A stretch of DNA of 21,000 bases from Takakia lepidozioides. Its lineage: Eukaryota > Plantae > Bryophyta. Of this stretch, positions 20,065 to 21,000 are shown piece by piece. The position numbers were made by a program, and so were the translations under genes. Location: NCBI GenBank assembly GCA_030704615.1, contig JAKLZA010000149.1, positions 1 to 21,000 on the forward strand, written 5' to 3'. The notes below the pieces were generated by a model. That model made no database searches. It had not been told where the DNA came from and was given only the letters and a program-made list of their open reading frames with translations. How positions within the stretch are numbered: position 1 is the first letter of the stretch; the number at the start of each line of letters is the position of its first letter.

Positions 20065-21000
20065 TGTAAACTCACAGTGGCTGGTTCCTCTAGGATTTCC
20101 ATTTCTCCTTCTCTTTCTTCATAAAAATGTGGTGGGTAACTGCTTATTTCACTTCAATTGGTGTTGTTGTCACTACACCACAACAGATACCTTTTAACAA
20201 CTTAGGCCTTCCAGCTGCATCTCTGCAACCTGCTCCCACTCTGGGTGTGCAGCGAACAGGGTAGCTTCCTACTCCTCATCCAGTCCTCCCCTCCAGTCAT
20301 ACTCCCTGACCCCTCGAGGTCTTCTCGTAGAAGGTAATCTACTAGATTTCTTAGTGGTAATTTGTATCTTGCGCATCCCATTATGCACAGTTAGTAACTG
20401 AGAATTCCAGTCATGGAATACCCTGGCCTGTTTCAGCCACGGACGTCCCAATAATAAGGAGTAAGCCTCCATGACTTCATCCATCTTCAACACAGTTACT
20501 GTGATCAAAAGATCATCTTTTGTATCTGTATCTTAACTCCTCTTATTAATCCTAATGGCTGTACACTTCTTTGATCTGCCATTGTTACTGTAAATGGGGC
20601 TGGTTTCATGTTACTTAGACCAAGCTTCTGCCTTATTGGTCTGTCATGATATTTCACTCCAGAGCCTCCATCTATCAGTACATCAGTTAGTTTTGTGCTT
20701 CCAATTCTCAATTGGATTATTGACATAGAATCATCAAAGTCCATGACTGTTTCTCGCCCTTCCGGCTTCACATTATAACTGGTCATCTTGCTGTTCAGGT
20801 CTGTGTTTCTGTCACATGGGCAATTCGATTGATTGCTTGATATAGCCTGTGCCTACAATAAGGTGCCACAGCCAATAACTGTCCAATGGTAATCTCTGCT
20901 TTGGTCTGGCATATTACTTCAGCCAAAGTCCTTCATTTTTGCATGTCTGCATCTTCTTTTTTTTTTCATCCTCACTCTTCTTCTTCTCCATCAGAATCAG
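20065..21000 (-). pseudogene. Ty3/gypsy gag-pol remnant: retropepsin-type aspartic protease, frameshifted and truncated at the MULE boundary
   Basis: VLIDGGSGV, FTVTMADQRSVQPLGLIRGVKIQI and YSLLLGRPWLKQARVFHDW are typical of gypsy proteases. Confidence 0.85.

Overview
Eukaryotic, intron-containing, transposon-rich DNA; a land plant is likely, and a non-seed plant is an inference. It has three parts. (1) 1-~5320 is the 3' end of a Ty3/gypsy-type LTR retrotransposon: probable integrase tail, ~3.7 kb of extra sense ORFs, a polypurine tract and a 3' LTR starting at 4588. (2) ~5602-20064 is a ~14.5-kb Mutator-like (MULE) DNA transposon bounded by imperfect inverted repeats built from CATGAGC units. 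It carries a plus-strand GCM-like/DDE/SWIM transposase and a divergent, spliced minus-strand gene. That gene encodes a ParB/Srx-type domain (VWDGNHRL) fused to a beta-class DNA amino-methyltransferase-like domain (ILDIPDG...VLDLICGTG). A 22-bp palindrome, GGAAATGCGG-NN-CCGCATTTCC, occurs ~30 times at a 52-53-bp period between the two genes, ~12 times in a second cluster, and singly in introns and subterminal DNA, but not in the flanks. (3) 20065-21000 is a frameshifted gypsy gag/protease remnant on the minus strand. The best candidate novel system is a transposon-encoded ParB-methyltransferase with its own parS-like phased palindrome arrays. All ORFs carry frameshifts, so exon boundaries and functions are predictions.
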